Numbered from the whole stretch's first letter, positions 25,391 to 38,031 are shown. The stretch is DNA of 61,656 nt, filler included, from Asterionella formosa (GCA_002256025.1; 24 parts of 24 records of this genome joined end to end with filler, not necessarily neighbours in it); one strand, 5' to 3'. Numbers and translations are program-made. The notes: generated by a model not told the origin, from the sequence alone.

Positions 25391-26944
25391 AATTGTTTGA
25401 TTGCAATCTGCCCTGAATTGATTGAGAAAAACAGAACGAAATGGATCTCGAGAAATATCGCGACATGATTCGTGAGGATGCAAGCAACAACCAACCCTAA
25501 TGAGGACAAAATAGGTACGGAACAAAACATTTAATATTAAATTTGAAATGCTAAACTAAATATCTATTCGAATTAGTGTGTGTTATCGACTGCAAATCTT
25601 CGGAGTGCTATTGGGCATGAATTGATGGAGAAAATCGAAGCGATGTGGTTGTTGGCAAGTGGGTGCATGAAGCATATCAACAATCATCCTTACCATNNNN
25701 NNNNNNNNNNNNNNNNNNNNNNNNNNNNNNNNNNNNNNNNTTAATTAATTAANNNNNNNNNNNNNNNNNNNNNNNNNNNNNNNNNNNNNNNNNNNNAAGA
25801 TACCACCATGGAGGATGAAGATGATGATGAGGGCGATGAATGTGGTCCAAGAAAGGTCAAGAAAGGAGAAAGTGAAAAGAGGGAAGCCACAAATAAACGG
25901 CAACGAGTTGATGAACAGTTTGCAAATCAGCTTTGAAATAGGATTTTCATCTGATGGTCTTGTGATAGTGGTAGATGATGGCAGTGCTAACTATATTATC
26001 CACTCAAATAACAATGCTTGCAATTTGCTTTATGTTATGCAATGAGAAGGAGATATGCTGTGATCTTAAGAACTAAGCTGAACAAGCTTGTGGACCTGTG
26101 TACTAGAATTATAGCTATTGCTCGTAGTAAATTTTTCTTATGATTGAACCCCTTTTTTTTTAAAAGAATCATAATTGTAATACGTGTGTAGGGTACGTAA
26201 TGGTTTACATCGTGCTTATTCTAAATACCGGTAAACAAAACCATCGGGAATTGGAGGATCACATTTAAAATAATGATAGTACCCTGGGGGTACTACCGGT
26301 AAAGGAGTGATGCTGTTCCTGTACGAATACCGTAGTACCTTGTACCACCTGTACAGTCAGTCCGTCCATCGAACGTCTACCCGTTAGAAGAATACCGGTA
26401 TGTTTACCAATAATTAAGTGTACGGGTAGGTCTACGTAGTATTACCGTACATGGTACAACTGTGCGTATATCAAACATTCATAAACTTCTGCGAGGATTA
26501 GTACCAAGCAAGTTGGGGTAATTGTGCTGAAACTAAAAGCTTTGCTTATTACCCCATATTTAATTGACCGCAACGCTGGCACCTTTAAGTTTCGGTAATT
26601 GTGCTGAAAATAAAACATTTAGCTTTCTTTATCCAATATTATATATTTTATTTAAGCAAAATGACCGCAACTTTTGCTGGTACCAGGTACTCCGGAGCAC
26701 CTCGCAGTCTAAATTTACTATACATTATCCTCACATACGCATGTCAATTTATGTGAAGGTATTACCGGTAGTAAGCCCATCAATTTTAGTCTCATCTAAT
26801 AAAATATGAACGAGCTTGGTACTTATCCCGGGAACGTAGTCGTAAAAAATTAAACTCCCAGTTAAACCCGTAGTGGAAGCTAGCACTAGTAGTTTGCTAC
26901 TACTCCAGGACAGTGGACAAAGCTATTCTTGGCGACAATATCGG

Positions 26945-27050
26945 TTGTGGTACCAGGTACCAGTACCTAGTACTGGTACCGGCGCCCATTTGCTCGTATC
27001 GACTGGTTACCAGGGTACCGGTACCAGGTACCGTACCAGGGTACGTGTAT
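26945..27050. repeat. Cluster of nested GGTACC/ACCGGT/CCAGG palindromic micro-motifs
   Basis: tggtaccaggtaccagtacctagtactggtaccgg...ggttaccagggtaccggtaccaggtaccgtaccagggtac. Similar clusters at 28034-28056, 28088-28112 and 30501-30582. Confidence 0.9.
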
Positions 27051-28370
27051 GCGGGAATATACCATTTTATGTATTTAGAGTACCTAGTACTTTATATGGA
27101 GTCACCACGAGTACATATACTATAGCACTATATTACAGTAAATAGAGGACCAAGTCTTTTATTGTAGGGGTGTGTGTATATGTCTAATATACATATACCC
27201 GAAATGAAGTGAAAACAATCATTAAATAGCTAATGAAAAATAGTGAAAAAATAATGTAGCTACAGTTGTATGAAATCATGCATCTGTGTAATAATAACCT
27301 AAACACATACTAGCTGTGTATGACCACCAGTGTGATGATCAGCAGATATCCTCAATTGATTGGCAATCTAATCTGTGGCACTGTTCTATCTGGAATATAT
27401 ACCTCATACATTTTGTCAATTTGCAATGTGGCAGTGAAAAAAAACGCAGCTCAAAGTACTAGGGCAGTCATCATATCCCACAAAACGCTTTGCCAAGCAA
27501 CAATACTCCACCTTTCTTACTATATCCTGCTCAACCCTTGTAAAATTTTCAGCAACCTTACAAACCAATTCCAAATTTTTGCATTCCTACCACAGAACAA
27601 ATAGTTTTTGGTTGTACAAGAAAGACTACAATACTGACAGAATTGCTTCCTCCCTCCTACCTCTTTGACACACATCCTGCATCATTTCTGTTGGTTCATC
27701 AACTTGTTAATTGTTGAAAAGTTCTTCAAACACCACATTTGAGGCATTTCTGGACTCTCAATCATCATTCTGCATACTTGTCACTCCTGCTACCACCAAT
27801 AACTAGTAGTCAGGAGTCAACACTCCTTCAAGACGAGAGTCGACTGGCTGCTGTCATCCACATTGGTATCAAAACTAGGTGACATTGCATCTCGATCTGC
27901 TGGGAGGCAGTGCAACCCAAGTATATAGTTCCAAAAGCAAACTGGCAGCTCAGACTTCCCTCCTTCACCTGCTGTTGGTGTCCCATCAGTCACACCTTCC
28001 TCTCCTTACTGCTGCTGCATACCGAAGCACCGTGTACCAGGTACCAGTACCGGTACATGACTGAGGATGGGGTTTAATTTGTGTATACGACCGGTACCAG
28101 GTACCAGGTACTACAGTGTAATAGCTAATTTTATGTACTCGTACAGTGTATATTCCTACGATGATCGTGCGTACAGTTATGGTTTAATTAAACCAAAAAA
28201 TTAAACCCCCAGTTAAACCGGGTTTAATTTTTCTACTGGCAAATACTGTTGTAACACGGTGCTTCCACTANNNNNNNNNNNNNNNNNNNNNNNNNNNNNN
28301 NNNNNNNNNNNNNNTTAATTAATTAANNNNNNNNNNNNNNNNNNNNNNNNNNNNNNNNNNNNNNNNNNNN

Positions 28371-28760
28371 TTGGTTGGCTACAATGAATGCGGGGGCATG
28401 AAAGCAATGCAAATCCCTGCACACTGCAGTTGCGAATTGTCTCAGCTCCTTGGATCCTCGAAGATACGTAGATAAAGTTTGATCGATTGAAGAAATAGAG
28501 CGATTCGCAATAGTAACACCAACAAAGTCTACAGCAGATTCATTTGAGGAGAATGTTGCATTTTCATGTACTTTGAAGGACGTTTCATGATTAACCCCGA
28601 ATTTGCTGAAAAGTCCCTGTGGTCCGCCCCTGCTGCTGAAAATGAGCCAAACTGATATGGTGATAAAAAGTGCTGCGGAGATAACACATTTGATCTGACA
28701 TCTAACAAAGGAAGCATCGGCTAAGGGCGTATCATCTCTATACACTTCCCTTCCATTCAT
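28371..28760 (-). CDS. 5' end of a hypothetical type II membrane protein
   Basis: ATG ORF with one N-terminal hydrophobic segment (VISAALFITISVWLIF) and N-glycosylation sequons; runs off the contig. Confidence 0.5.
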
Positions 28761-30944
28761 GATACGGATATCTCACTAAAGACGAGGAAAAGATTATGCT
28801 CTGTGGTACCCAACGGTTTTTTCAGGATAAAAGTACTTATCAAAAGTTTCGCTCTGGGTAATTTTGTTGTCTCATCATCAGCTTTTAAATACGATTACTG
28901 TCTGTACTATGGCTTGATGCGATTTTTGGGGCGACCGGGTAGTCCCTTTTGGCGTAGTATTAGCATAAACCCTAATCCTACGGTATATAATATTTTGCGC
29001 CTGGATTGGCATGTTATAATCACACCCACCATGTAGTCATTATTCTGTTGCTTTACTCAACAATAGAACATCCTCCTGTGCCGCTTCAAATAGCTTTCTT
29101 TCCTCCATGAGTAGCGCTTCTATTAAACACTGGAAGCGGCATGGGACAACACATATTGCTTTTTATATGAACTTTTTTGTTGGGCATGGAGATCCACGCC
29201 TAGCTACATGACCAATGGTTTCACACTCTTGAGCTTGATAGTGGGCAAGCTGGAGCTGAAACTTTATAGGAATGTCTCAAATAAGATCATGTAGAAGTTG
29301 CAATGAAGATACAACAATAATTTCACACCCATCGCTGCGCAATGGACTTCGATTTCATGTTTGTCATGAATGAATGCAACGATGACAACAACGAGATTGC
29401 GGATGCATGTGTACATAAACTTTATACATATGAATGTTATTTATATAGAACATTTTACTTCAGCCCAAATTATGTTGTACTGGTAGCCAGAATTATTTTG
29501 TATCGGTAGCTACAATGGCTACCCAATGTATTAATTAATTAATAGATAAAGGGATTCACAAGTCCCTTATGTGAAGGTCATTACTACGGTAGATGTTAAA
29601 ACATTGGTACAGCTTATTAGTACTATAGACAAAGGAAACATGGGATGTGCACAAAGTGTGCATGGAAACCACAGAAAAACAGGAGAGATCGGAATACTAC
29701 AGGCAGGCTGAGGAAAATTGAGCAACCATGGGAGCCAGCAAAAATTGAAGATGAAGTTCGAAAGCAAGCAAGCGACATGTAAACCACGCAAGGAGAATGT
29801 CATGGAAGAGTCGATCTGCCAGAGAACAACCATGCAGAGGGTTCAAGGCAGAAAGCTCTTAATTCTGCAAATTAGCTTTCGACAAAAGGAAATTGTTGAT
29901 CACAAAGCCCTGCAAATTTATAGTCTTTAGATAAAAATTCACCCACCCAAACTCCTACCCATGGCTAATGTGCAAAACTCGACTGCAGCTAGTATGGGAA
30001 ACCCGAAGCAAAGGAACTACCCTAGCTTCTTAGAACCAAATTCAAAAAACCAACTATGAGTCTAGATTAGTTTGCGCACCAAATCAAACTCAACAAAGTA
30101 TCAGAAGAGGAACAAAGGAACATTTGCAGAAAAGGCAGTCGGATGAGTTGGTAATTGAGTCGAAGTAACTTTGTCTGGAGGTATATATATATATATAAAT
30201 ATATCTTCATCGACCAAAACATTTTGCTCAGATTGATTTGGTGAGAACGTCGATTTCACGGGTCTGCTGTGCCAAGCGTTATTGATTTAACCGTTAACAC
30301 TCCTGCTCATGTCTGTTTGAATTCCTGTGCCTGCCCCTCAGCCGCTAACAACTTGAATGAGCGAAATTGCTTTGCTGTACGTTTCGGTAGGTAGTAATTA
30401 ATGGATTGTGCTGAGACTAAGAGTTTAGCTTTCTTTTTCCCATATTGAATTGTTTCTTTTTTAGCAAAATGACCGCAGAGTCCGGGAAATCCTCCTTGCT
30501 TGTACCAGGTACCGGCACAAGGAAGGACTAGAATGGTACCTGGTACATACCGGTACCAGGTATGCACTAGCTTACCGGTACTTTTCTAGAGACTAGTAAC
30601 TGATGTCACTGGTATCACATAACATGAGATTTCAAATACAGTACCGCTAAAAAAGGAGGCGAGGCCGACGCCAAAGAATGCCAGAAATTTGCGATGATTA
30701 TTTAGAATGGAAAGGTGATGTCGAAGTATGCCTGTTTATAAGCTATGACCACCACCGGGCTCTGCGACTTGGCGTGTCACACTCATCATCAGAACAAGAG
30801 CAAGAAAGAATAGAAGTGATGAAGAATCCCAATCAAATCATTGCNNNNNNNNNNNNNNNNNNNNNNNNNNNNNNNNNNNNNNNNNNNNTTAATTAATTAA
30901 NNNNNNNNNNNNNNNNNNNNNNNNNNNNNNNNNNNNNNNNNNNN

Positions 30945-33418
30945 GTTCTCGGATATGCCTTTGCTGTTACTCTTGGAGCGCTGTTTGCTGGAAAGACTAC
31001 CATGTGGGACGGCATCCCATCGGCTGTCTCTGTCGTTGTCTTCTTCCTGCTCATGGCCTTTGTTGGAATGATGGAGGGTATGCAGATTGCCCTTTTCGCC
31101 GTTCTCAACATGCCCGAGGAAGAGCTCACCAAGCACACAATCGCTCACAAGAACTGTCAGTTAACCTTCTCTGGACAGAACTTACAGGCCTTCTTGATCG
31201 GACGTCAGATCTGTGTGACTGTGTGCATGTTCATTGTTGCGCGCATCACGTCTCTTGACTACACTGCTGGCGACAGCAACATCTTCGGTGTATCCGATGG
31301 ACTCCAGAACTTTTTCAACACTGGTCTTATGGGAGCAATTATCACCACCATTGTTGGGTCCCTGGCATGGCGTATTATTGCATCATCGTTTCCACTTGCC
31401 TTCCTTTCCAACCCTCTTATTTACCTGATTATTAGACTATGTCTCCTTCTTGAAGCCTCCGGTCTTTGCTCTGCTGCATGGGTTCTTGCCCGTTTCAACA
31501 AACCTCTTGCTGGATACCAACCTGATGAGGTATACCTTGAGGGCGCCGAGAAGCATACTTCTGCTCCTGTTACTCGACGTGACAAAGATATCGACCGTGT
31601 TATTACAGTTTTCAAGTTCACCTATTCTCTTGGCCTTATGGCTTTTTCTCTTCTCATTGTCATGGCTGCTATCTTCTCCAATCAAACGAAAGGCACCGGA
31701 CAAAACAGCATCCCCCCTATTGTGGCATTTATTGTTTTCTGGTTCCTCATCCTCTGGCTAGCTATGATGGAAGGAGGCCAGGGTGCACTTGTTGGCCTCC
31801 AACCCATTGAAAAGGATAAGTACGCTGAATCCCACCCTCGTGCCTTGAAGAATACACTCCTCGCACACAAGGGCGACAACATGGAGCGCTTCATTGTTGG
31901 ACGTCAGTTTTTGGTTGTCTTGGTCGTTTTCGTCACCAACTTGATGGCCTCCGCCATCCCGGATGCTTCTGTCCTCGGATTACCGGATGTCCTGAACCAA
32001 ATCTTCCTTTCAACTGGAATTGCTCTTATCTTGACAGTTATCATGCTTGGTCAGTTGACTGCTCAAGTCAACGCAAGTAACTGCTTGCTTGATTTCATCA
32101 ACAACTACTTCATGTTGTTCACCACATATGTCTCCCTTGGCATTGAATTCTCTGGTCTCTTGCACTCTGTGTATCTTGTTCAGATCTTCTTCTCCAAGAT
32201 CAGCGGAAAGCCAATTGACTCAAAGGAACCTCCAAGAAACGCTATCCAGAATTTGTTCTTCTGGTTCCGTGTTTTCATGTCTATTCTTATCCTTGGATTT
32301 GCTTTCGCCGTAACCCTAGGAGCACTGTTTGCTGGAAAGACTACCATGTGGGCGGGCATTCCTTCAGCTGTGTCAGTCGTTGTTTTCTTTATTCTCATGG
32401 CCTTCGTGGGTATGATGGAGGGTATGCAAATTGCTCTTTTCGCCGTTCTCAATATGCCTGAGGAAGAACTCAAGCAACACAGTATTGCTTACGCCAACTG
32501 CCAATTGACATTTACTGGACAGAACTTGCAGGCATTTTTGATTGGTCGTCAAATCTGTGTTACCATCTGTATGTTCGTTGTCGCTCGCATTACCACCCTT
32601 AACTACGGTTCTGATGACGCCAACATCTACGGTGTTTCCGATGGTTTGCAGAACTTTTTCAATACCGGTCTTCTGGGAGCTGTGATCACTACCATTGTTG
32701 CTTCCCTTGCATGGCGTATCATCGCTTCGTCATTCTCCTTGGCTTTCTTGTCGAACCCTCTCATCTATCTCATCATCCGACTGTGTCTCATGCTTGAGGC
32801 GTCTGGACTTTGCTCAGCTGCTTGGGTCCTTGCTCGTTACCACAGGGTCATTGTTGATTACCAACCTGATGAAGTTTACCTTGAGGGTGCCACGCGATGG
32901 ACTGGTGCTCCAGCTACCAAGCGTGACAAGGATATTGATATCACTGTAACCGTGATCAAGTACACGTACTCATTTGCTCTGTTGGCATTCTCGGTAGCCA
33001 TTGTCATGTCTGCTATCTTCACGAAGCAGACAAAGGTTGCTGCCAATGTGAGCCCAATCTTGGCTTTCTTTGTGTTCTGGGGATTGCTTGCATGGTTGGC
33101 AATGATGGAAGGAGGCCAAGGATGTCTTGTGGGACTTCAGCCCGTTGACAAGGACCTATACGCCGAATCACACCCAATTACTGTCAGAAACACCCGTCTC
33201 GCTCACAAGGGTGACAACATGGAGCGTTTCATTGTTGGACGTCAGTTCCTGGTTGTTCTTGTTGTTTTCATTACCAACATGTGTGGATCCCCCATTGCCG
33301 ACGCAACTGTGCTTGGATTGAGCTCTACATTGAACGACGTATTCCTTACGAACGGCATTGCAATGATTTTGTCTACCATTATGATTGGACAGCTCACTGC
33401 TCAGATCAACGCCGCCAA
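30945..33418 (+). CDS. SIT: Multiplied silicon transporter (at least three SIT units fused in one ORF), partial at both ends
   Basis: GXQ motifs in order EGMQ/GRQ (31074), EGGQ/GRQ (31770), EGMQ/GRQ (32418), EGGQ/GRQ (33108). Period about 1340 nt. CLLD variant of the CMLD motif at 32082. No stop or intron between units. Confidence 0.97.
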
Positions 33419-33862
33419 NNNNNNNNNNNNNNNNNNNNNNNNNNNNNNNNNNNNNNNNNNNNTTAATTAATTAANNNNNNNNNNNNNNNNNNNNNNNNNN
33501 NNNNNNNNNNNNNNNNNNTATGTAACTAACAAAAAACGCATTTTTTCGAGTGAGCCGACCCTCACGTAGAAATTTGGTATGTTGGCTACATAATCCTTCA
33601 TATGCGAGCAGTAAAGACACTGGTGGTGCCGGCGAATCGATGCAACTGTTACTAGACAGAGGGAACCAGGTACCAGGTTCTCGGTAGTATACATATACAT
33701 ACATATGTATGCTGATGGCTGATGTAAGGCCGTCCTCGTCGTCATTCATCGGCACTGGACGACGAAAATGAGGCAAAATGTTCATTAATTAGCTACAGCC
33801 CAGCAGTTCATGAGAAACCATTCAGTAGCGACATCAAAGATCGTGGGCACATCATTCATTAA

Positions 33863-35419
33863 ATGAGAACTGCTGGAGCTCTGCTATTTCTTTGTCTGCC
33901 AATCTTGGCTGGACAAGCCCTTGCTTTGGCTCCGATTGTCGCTCGACGACACTATGACACAAGGCTCTCATTGCAAACAAACGAAAGCGATGATTCCGGC
34001 AATCAACGTCGATCCTTTCTTCAAAAGCTCACTGTATCATTGTCGATTCCTTTTTTTCCCCTGACAATAAACCAATTTCCAGCAATAGCATCCTCGATCG
34101 TATCTACGCCAGCCTTCGTCCCTGACCTGTCTTGGCCTTTGGGCAAAGTGGCGTTTTCGCTGCTCCCACTCGCAGGAACCTATTCCCGACGAGCTACTGT
34201 CGAAGAAACCATTGTTGAGAATACCATCTGGACGCATGATCAAATTCAAGGTGTGGTCAATGTCAATGTTCCTGTCAGACAAACCGTAGTTAAACTGCAT
34301 GATGGTGGACTCTGGATTCACAATCCTGTCGCACCGACACCGCAACTCTTGCAGATGGTGCACGAATTAGAACGTCAGCATGGCCCAGTAAAGCATATTG
34401 TTTTGGGAACTGTGGCATTGGAACACAAGGCTACCTTTGGACCCTTTTCTTCACATTTTCCAGCCGCAACAGTTTGGATTCAACCGGGACAATGGGCCTT
34501 TCCCGTCGGACTACCGATTGATGCTCTGGGAGTCACACAGCGGGGGCCCAGACTGCGAGAGTTACCCATACCCAATCAAGCCATTACAATGGGTTCTCTA
34601 TACAAGCCATATGCCACGGTCCCACCGCCGTGGTTAGACGAGATTGAATACGAAGTACTGGGACCAATCACCTTTCAATCGGTGGGAGCCTTTTCGGAAA
34701 CAGCTTTCTTTCACAAGGCAACGAAATCGTTGATAGTCACTGATACAGTAGTGAGTGTTACTAAGGAAATACCTCCTATTATACAAGAAGATCCTCGGGC
34801 CATGTTGTTTCATGCGAGGGATAGCATCGATGAGGTTATACAAGACACTCAGGAAACACGAGAAAAAGGATGGAGGCGCATGGTACAGTTCGGACTTTGC
34901 TTTTTCCCATCACAAATCAATGTCGTGCCGCTGGCCGAAGCACTCAAGGAAGCCTCGAATATTGAGCCCAGCATGAAAAATCTCGGTGAAGGTGCCGTTC
35001 CGCTGTCACTGTACCCGTGGACATGGAATGGTAACGCCGATACGATCAACTTTGAGACCATTTCCAAGGGAGGAAAGCTTTTTTGTCCTCCCATTTTGAC
35101 CAAGCTCATTCTAGATCGCGAACCCCAGCGTACCATAACATGGGTCGACAGAGTTGTGCAGCGCTTTGACTTTCAACGAGTTATTCCATGTCACTTGCGA
35201 AACAACGTTCCCGCGACTCCGCAAGAATTCTCTGCGGCCTTTGACGTCCTTCGCAGCAGCCCCGGTACGATTACCAATCAGCGGCCACTAGCGGAAGATT
35301 TGGCACTGCTACAAAAGGCATCAGATCTGTTGACCCAATATGGTATAGTAGGTCCGAGTTTAGTTTGTGATGGAGAGCCAGCAAGAACAAAAGGTCGATT
35401 TAGTAGCAACAAGAGTTAG
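33863..35419 (+). CDS. DUF4336 family protein, likely plastid-targeted
   Basis: IWTHDQIQG..VNVPVRQTVVKL..GGLWIHNPVAPT..HIVL...EHK..FSETAFFH..LIVTD..IPCH. Signal peptide ending in an ASAFAP-like ALA-LAP, followed by a transit-like stretch. Confidence 0.88.
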   Translation: MRTAGALLFLCLPILAGQALALAPIVARRHYDTRLSLQTNESDDSGNQRRSFLQKLTVSLSIPFFPLTINQFPAIASSIVSTPAFVPDLSWPLGKVAFSLLPLAGTYSRRATVEETIVENTIWTHDQIQGVVNVNVPVRQTVVKLHDGGLWIHNPVAPTPQLLQMVHELERQHGPVKHIVLGTVALEHKATFGPFSSHFPAATVWIQPGQWAFPVGLPIDALGVTQRGPRLRELPIPNQAITMGSLYKPYATVPPPWLDEIEYEVLGPITFQSVGAFSETAFFHKATKSLIVTDTVVSVTKEIPPIIQEDPRAMLFHARDSIDEVIQDTQETREKGWRRMVQFGLCFFPSQINVVPLAEALKEASNIEPSMKNLGEGAVPLSLYPWTWNGNADTINFETISKGGKLFCPPILTKLILDREPQRTITWVDRVVQRFDFQRVIPCHLRNNVPATPQEFSAAFDVLRSSPGTITNQRPLAEDLALLQKASDLLTQYGIVGPSLVCDGEPARTKGRFSSNKS

Positions 35420-35582
35420 TGAGCTAGGAACTCAGCATTATCGAAAACTAATGATTAAATAAGAGAATTGTAGAAGTCATTCGTCGCTCAAAATGGAGCG
35501 GAATGATTATTCACACATGACGGATAAACGTTCATCGTAAACACAAACACGAGCTCTCGAACTGTTGGCACCAACGCATCGA

Positions 35583-35990
35583 TTACACATCATCTTCCTC
35601 CAAAAATTTCCTGACTTTGTATTCTTGAACGGCAATACATCCCATACCAGCAAGTGATCCAACTGTTGATCCCAAGCTCAAAGCTTGCAATACTCCCAAG
35701 GTTCCGTTTGCAAGTCCCAACTTGGCTGGACCTCCAATGAACGCTGTAATGCCACCGGCTAGGCCAATTCCAGACCACACAGAAAGATCCAGAATTCTAA
35801 CATGGAAATTATGTCGCAGACCATCCACTCTTTGTTGAATTCCTTCATCGTTCCATGGAGGCGAAGCTTGCTCGCCTTTTTGACTCACGCCATATAGTGC
35901 CATCAAACCAAGTGACATCCCTGCACCACCTGCCAAAAGACCACCATTGGCAATCATGGGAATTGCACCAACGCGCTTACCAAAGCTTGT
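35583..35990 (-). CDS. 3' part of a hypothetical small membrane protein
   Basis: Open frame with three Gly-rich hydrophobic segments, convergent with DUF4336. Confidence 0.6.
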   Translation of the reverse strand, partial: TSFGKRVGAIPMIANGGLLAGGAGMSLGLMALYGVSQKGEQASPPWNDEGIQQRVDGLRHNFHVRILDLSVWSGIGLAGGITAFIGGPAKLGLANGTLGVLQALSLGSTVGSLAGMGCIAVQEYKVRKFLEEDDV

Positions 35991-36279
35991 NNNNNNNNNN
36001 NNNNNNNNNNNNNNNNNNNNNNNNNNNNNNNNNNTTAATTAATTAANNNNNNNNNNNNNNNNNNNNNNNNNNNNNNNNNNNNNNNNNNNNTATACTGATC
36101 AAAGAAGGCATCCGGATGTGTAAAATTTTCGGATGCTTGTGGACTGATCATCAGTGCTGTGGCAGCAAAAATTCCAAACCATCATCTTTCTCCACCAATT
36201 TAAGGCCGATTTATATCCAGCATAGTATTCAATGTACACGAGATCAATGCCGTCATTGCGAATGTTGATTTTCTGAGAA

Positions 36280-37078
36280 CTGTAGACTATTTGTAGCCAC
36301 TCCGAAAAGGAGAAGGCCATTGCGGCACATCTAAATTTTGACTCACTACGGCGACATGCATTGAATGTTAAAATATGCAACAGCTGTTTCTTAGCGAATT
36401 TACGGATTCAATTCTTGTCAGCTACTCATCCTTTCCCTCTTTTTCTATATTGTTCTTGCTAGAGTAATCGCTGTAGACTATTTGTTACTGCTTCGTAACA
36501 GAGAAGGCCATTGCGGCACATCTCAATTTCGACTCACTACGGCGACATGCATTGAATGTTAAAATATGCAACAGCTGTTTCTAAAACATTTTATGAATTC
36601 AATCCTTGACAGCTACTCCTCCTCTGATTCTTTTTCTGTATTGTACTTGCTAGAGTTACATCTAAGATGCGAAATATGCCACTTTTCGAAATTTCGTCTA
36701 CGTATGAGTGTTAATTATGTGGTACTTCACATGCATTAATGCCACTCTTCACGTAAAAAAGATTACTTTTAACGGTTACATGTGAAGTTTTAACTTATTC
36801 ATGTGAAGTTTTCAAAATTAATTTTGAACGCGAGACTGAATTAGTTGATGTTTCAAATAATTCATTTGACTTTTCGAAATTTCGTTTACGTACGAGTGTT
36901 AATTATGTGGTACTTCACATGCATTAATGCCACTCTTCACGTAAAAAGGTTACTTTTAACGGTTTCATGTGAAGTTTTAACGGTTTCATGTGAAGTTTTA
37001 ACTGTTTCATGTGAAGTTTTCACAATGAATTTTGAACGCGAGACTGAATTAGTTGATGTTTCAAATAATTCATTTGAA
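36280..37078 (+). repeat. Two successive ~190-bp tandem duplications, the second containing 21-bp minirepeats
   Basis: tgtagactatttgt...tgctagagt at ~36281 and ~36472. cttttcgaaatttcgt...aattcatttga at ~36682 and ~36870. ttttaacggtttcatgtgaag repeated 2-3 times. Confidence 0.9.
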
Positions 37079-37275
37079 AGTTCAACTAAGATACCCAATT
37101 TTTTTACGTGATTATTATTAGTCAAAATCAACACTGGTGGAATTATGTCTACTGATGAGGATGGTACCAGGTAGTATTGTTTGCCAAATATGTGCCGAAC
37201 AAGGTCCATTATTTTAGCTACCTGTTATTCTTATTTTTCTCTCGCCAACACAGCACTGCAACGACAGTAAATATC

Positions 37276-38031
37276 ATGGATCTGTGTGACAATAACGACG
37301 AGGACAAATGTAAATTCTGCGGTAAAGGTCCTTTTAAATCAATTCGTGGTCATCACAGACACAGCCCCTCGTGTGGGCAACAATAAATGATTCATTACTT
37401 TCCAACAATATCGACATGTTTTGGAAAACTTTGTCTATGGTCATTCCCGGTTCTGTGCTGCAATCACTTGTAAGTGATGCAACATATGTCAGGAAGACTA
37501 TGCCTCACACCTGTACATTGTTGCACACTGCTGTAAATCACTCAAATGTTCCTCAGGAGCCACATTTTGACTATCAGCAGGCAGAACTGGTAGTCAATGA
37601 CTTCGAAAAGTGCCTTCCTTGGGGATTGGATATGTCCCTAGGTGCTGGTGGTTTCTCTATAAATGTCTGGGATGGCGAGTCATTTGAGTCTAACCTCATT
37701 TTAGATCGAAAAGGTACAGGTAAAGCAAAAATTCAAGCAACATGCCATGGAACATGTAAACCAACATGCGATGCTTCTTCGCATTCCCTTCCAGTACATC
37801 TTCTTAATGCGAGGTGATAAAGTTCATGCAGGTGCTATGGATAATCACCTAAGCAATGGTGCATTGAGACTTCACATGTATTTGTCGCCTGGTTCCACTC
37901 CAGAGCAAAACTCAGTTGCCATTTGCAAAAGATTCGGAAATGCCATTAACACAAAAGCAAATGGTACAGAGCGTATCTCTCCATCACTAGTTTCGTTTTT
38001 GCTTGATTCCTATGGGGAAAGATGGAAGTAA
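37276..38031 (+). pseudogene. Frameshifted Zn-finger plus 2-oxoglutarate/Fe(II) dioxygenase-like gene
   Basis: CKFC..H..H..C finger, QEPHFDY (HxD, 37563-37571), RGDKVHAG (His 37825), RLHMYL (Arg 37867). Frame breaks near 37375 and 37710. Confidence 0.65.

Noticed and set aside
26945..27050. Cloning-vector polylinker (KpnI/AgeI sites)
   Set aside because: The motifs are dispersed over many contigs, irregular, and polymorphic between alleles; no other vector sequence is present.
26873..27145. ORFs rich in YQVPVP/GTGTRY
   Set aside because: Translation by-product of stop-poor GGTACC/ACCGGT motif clusters.
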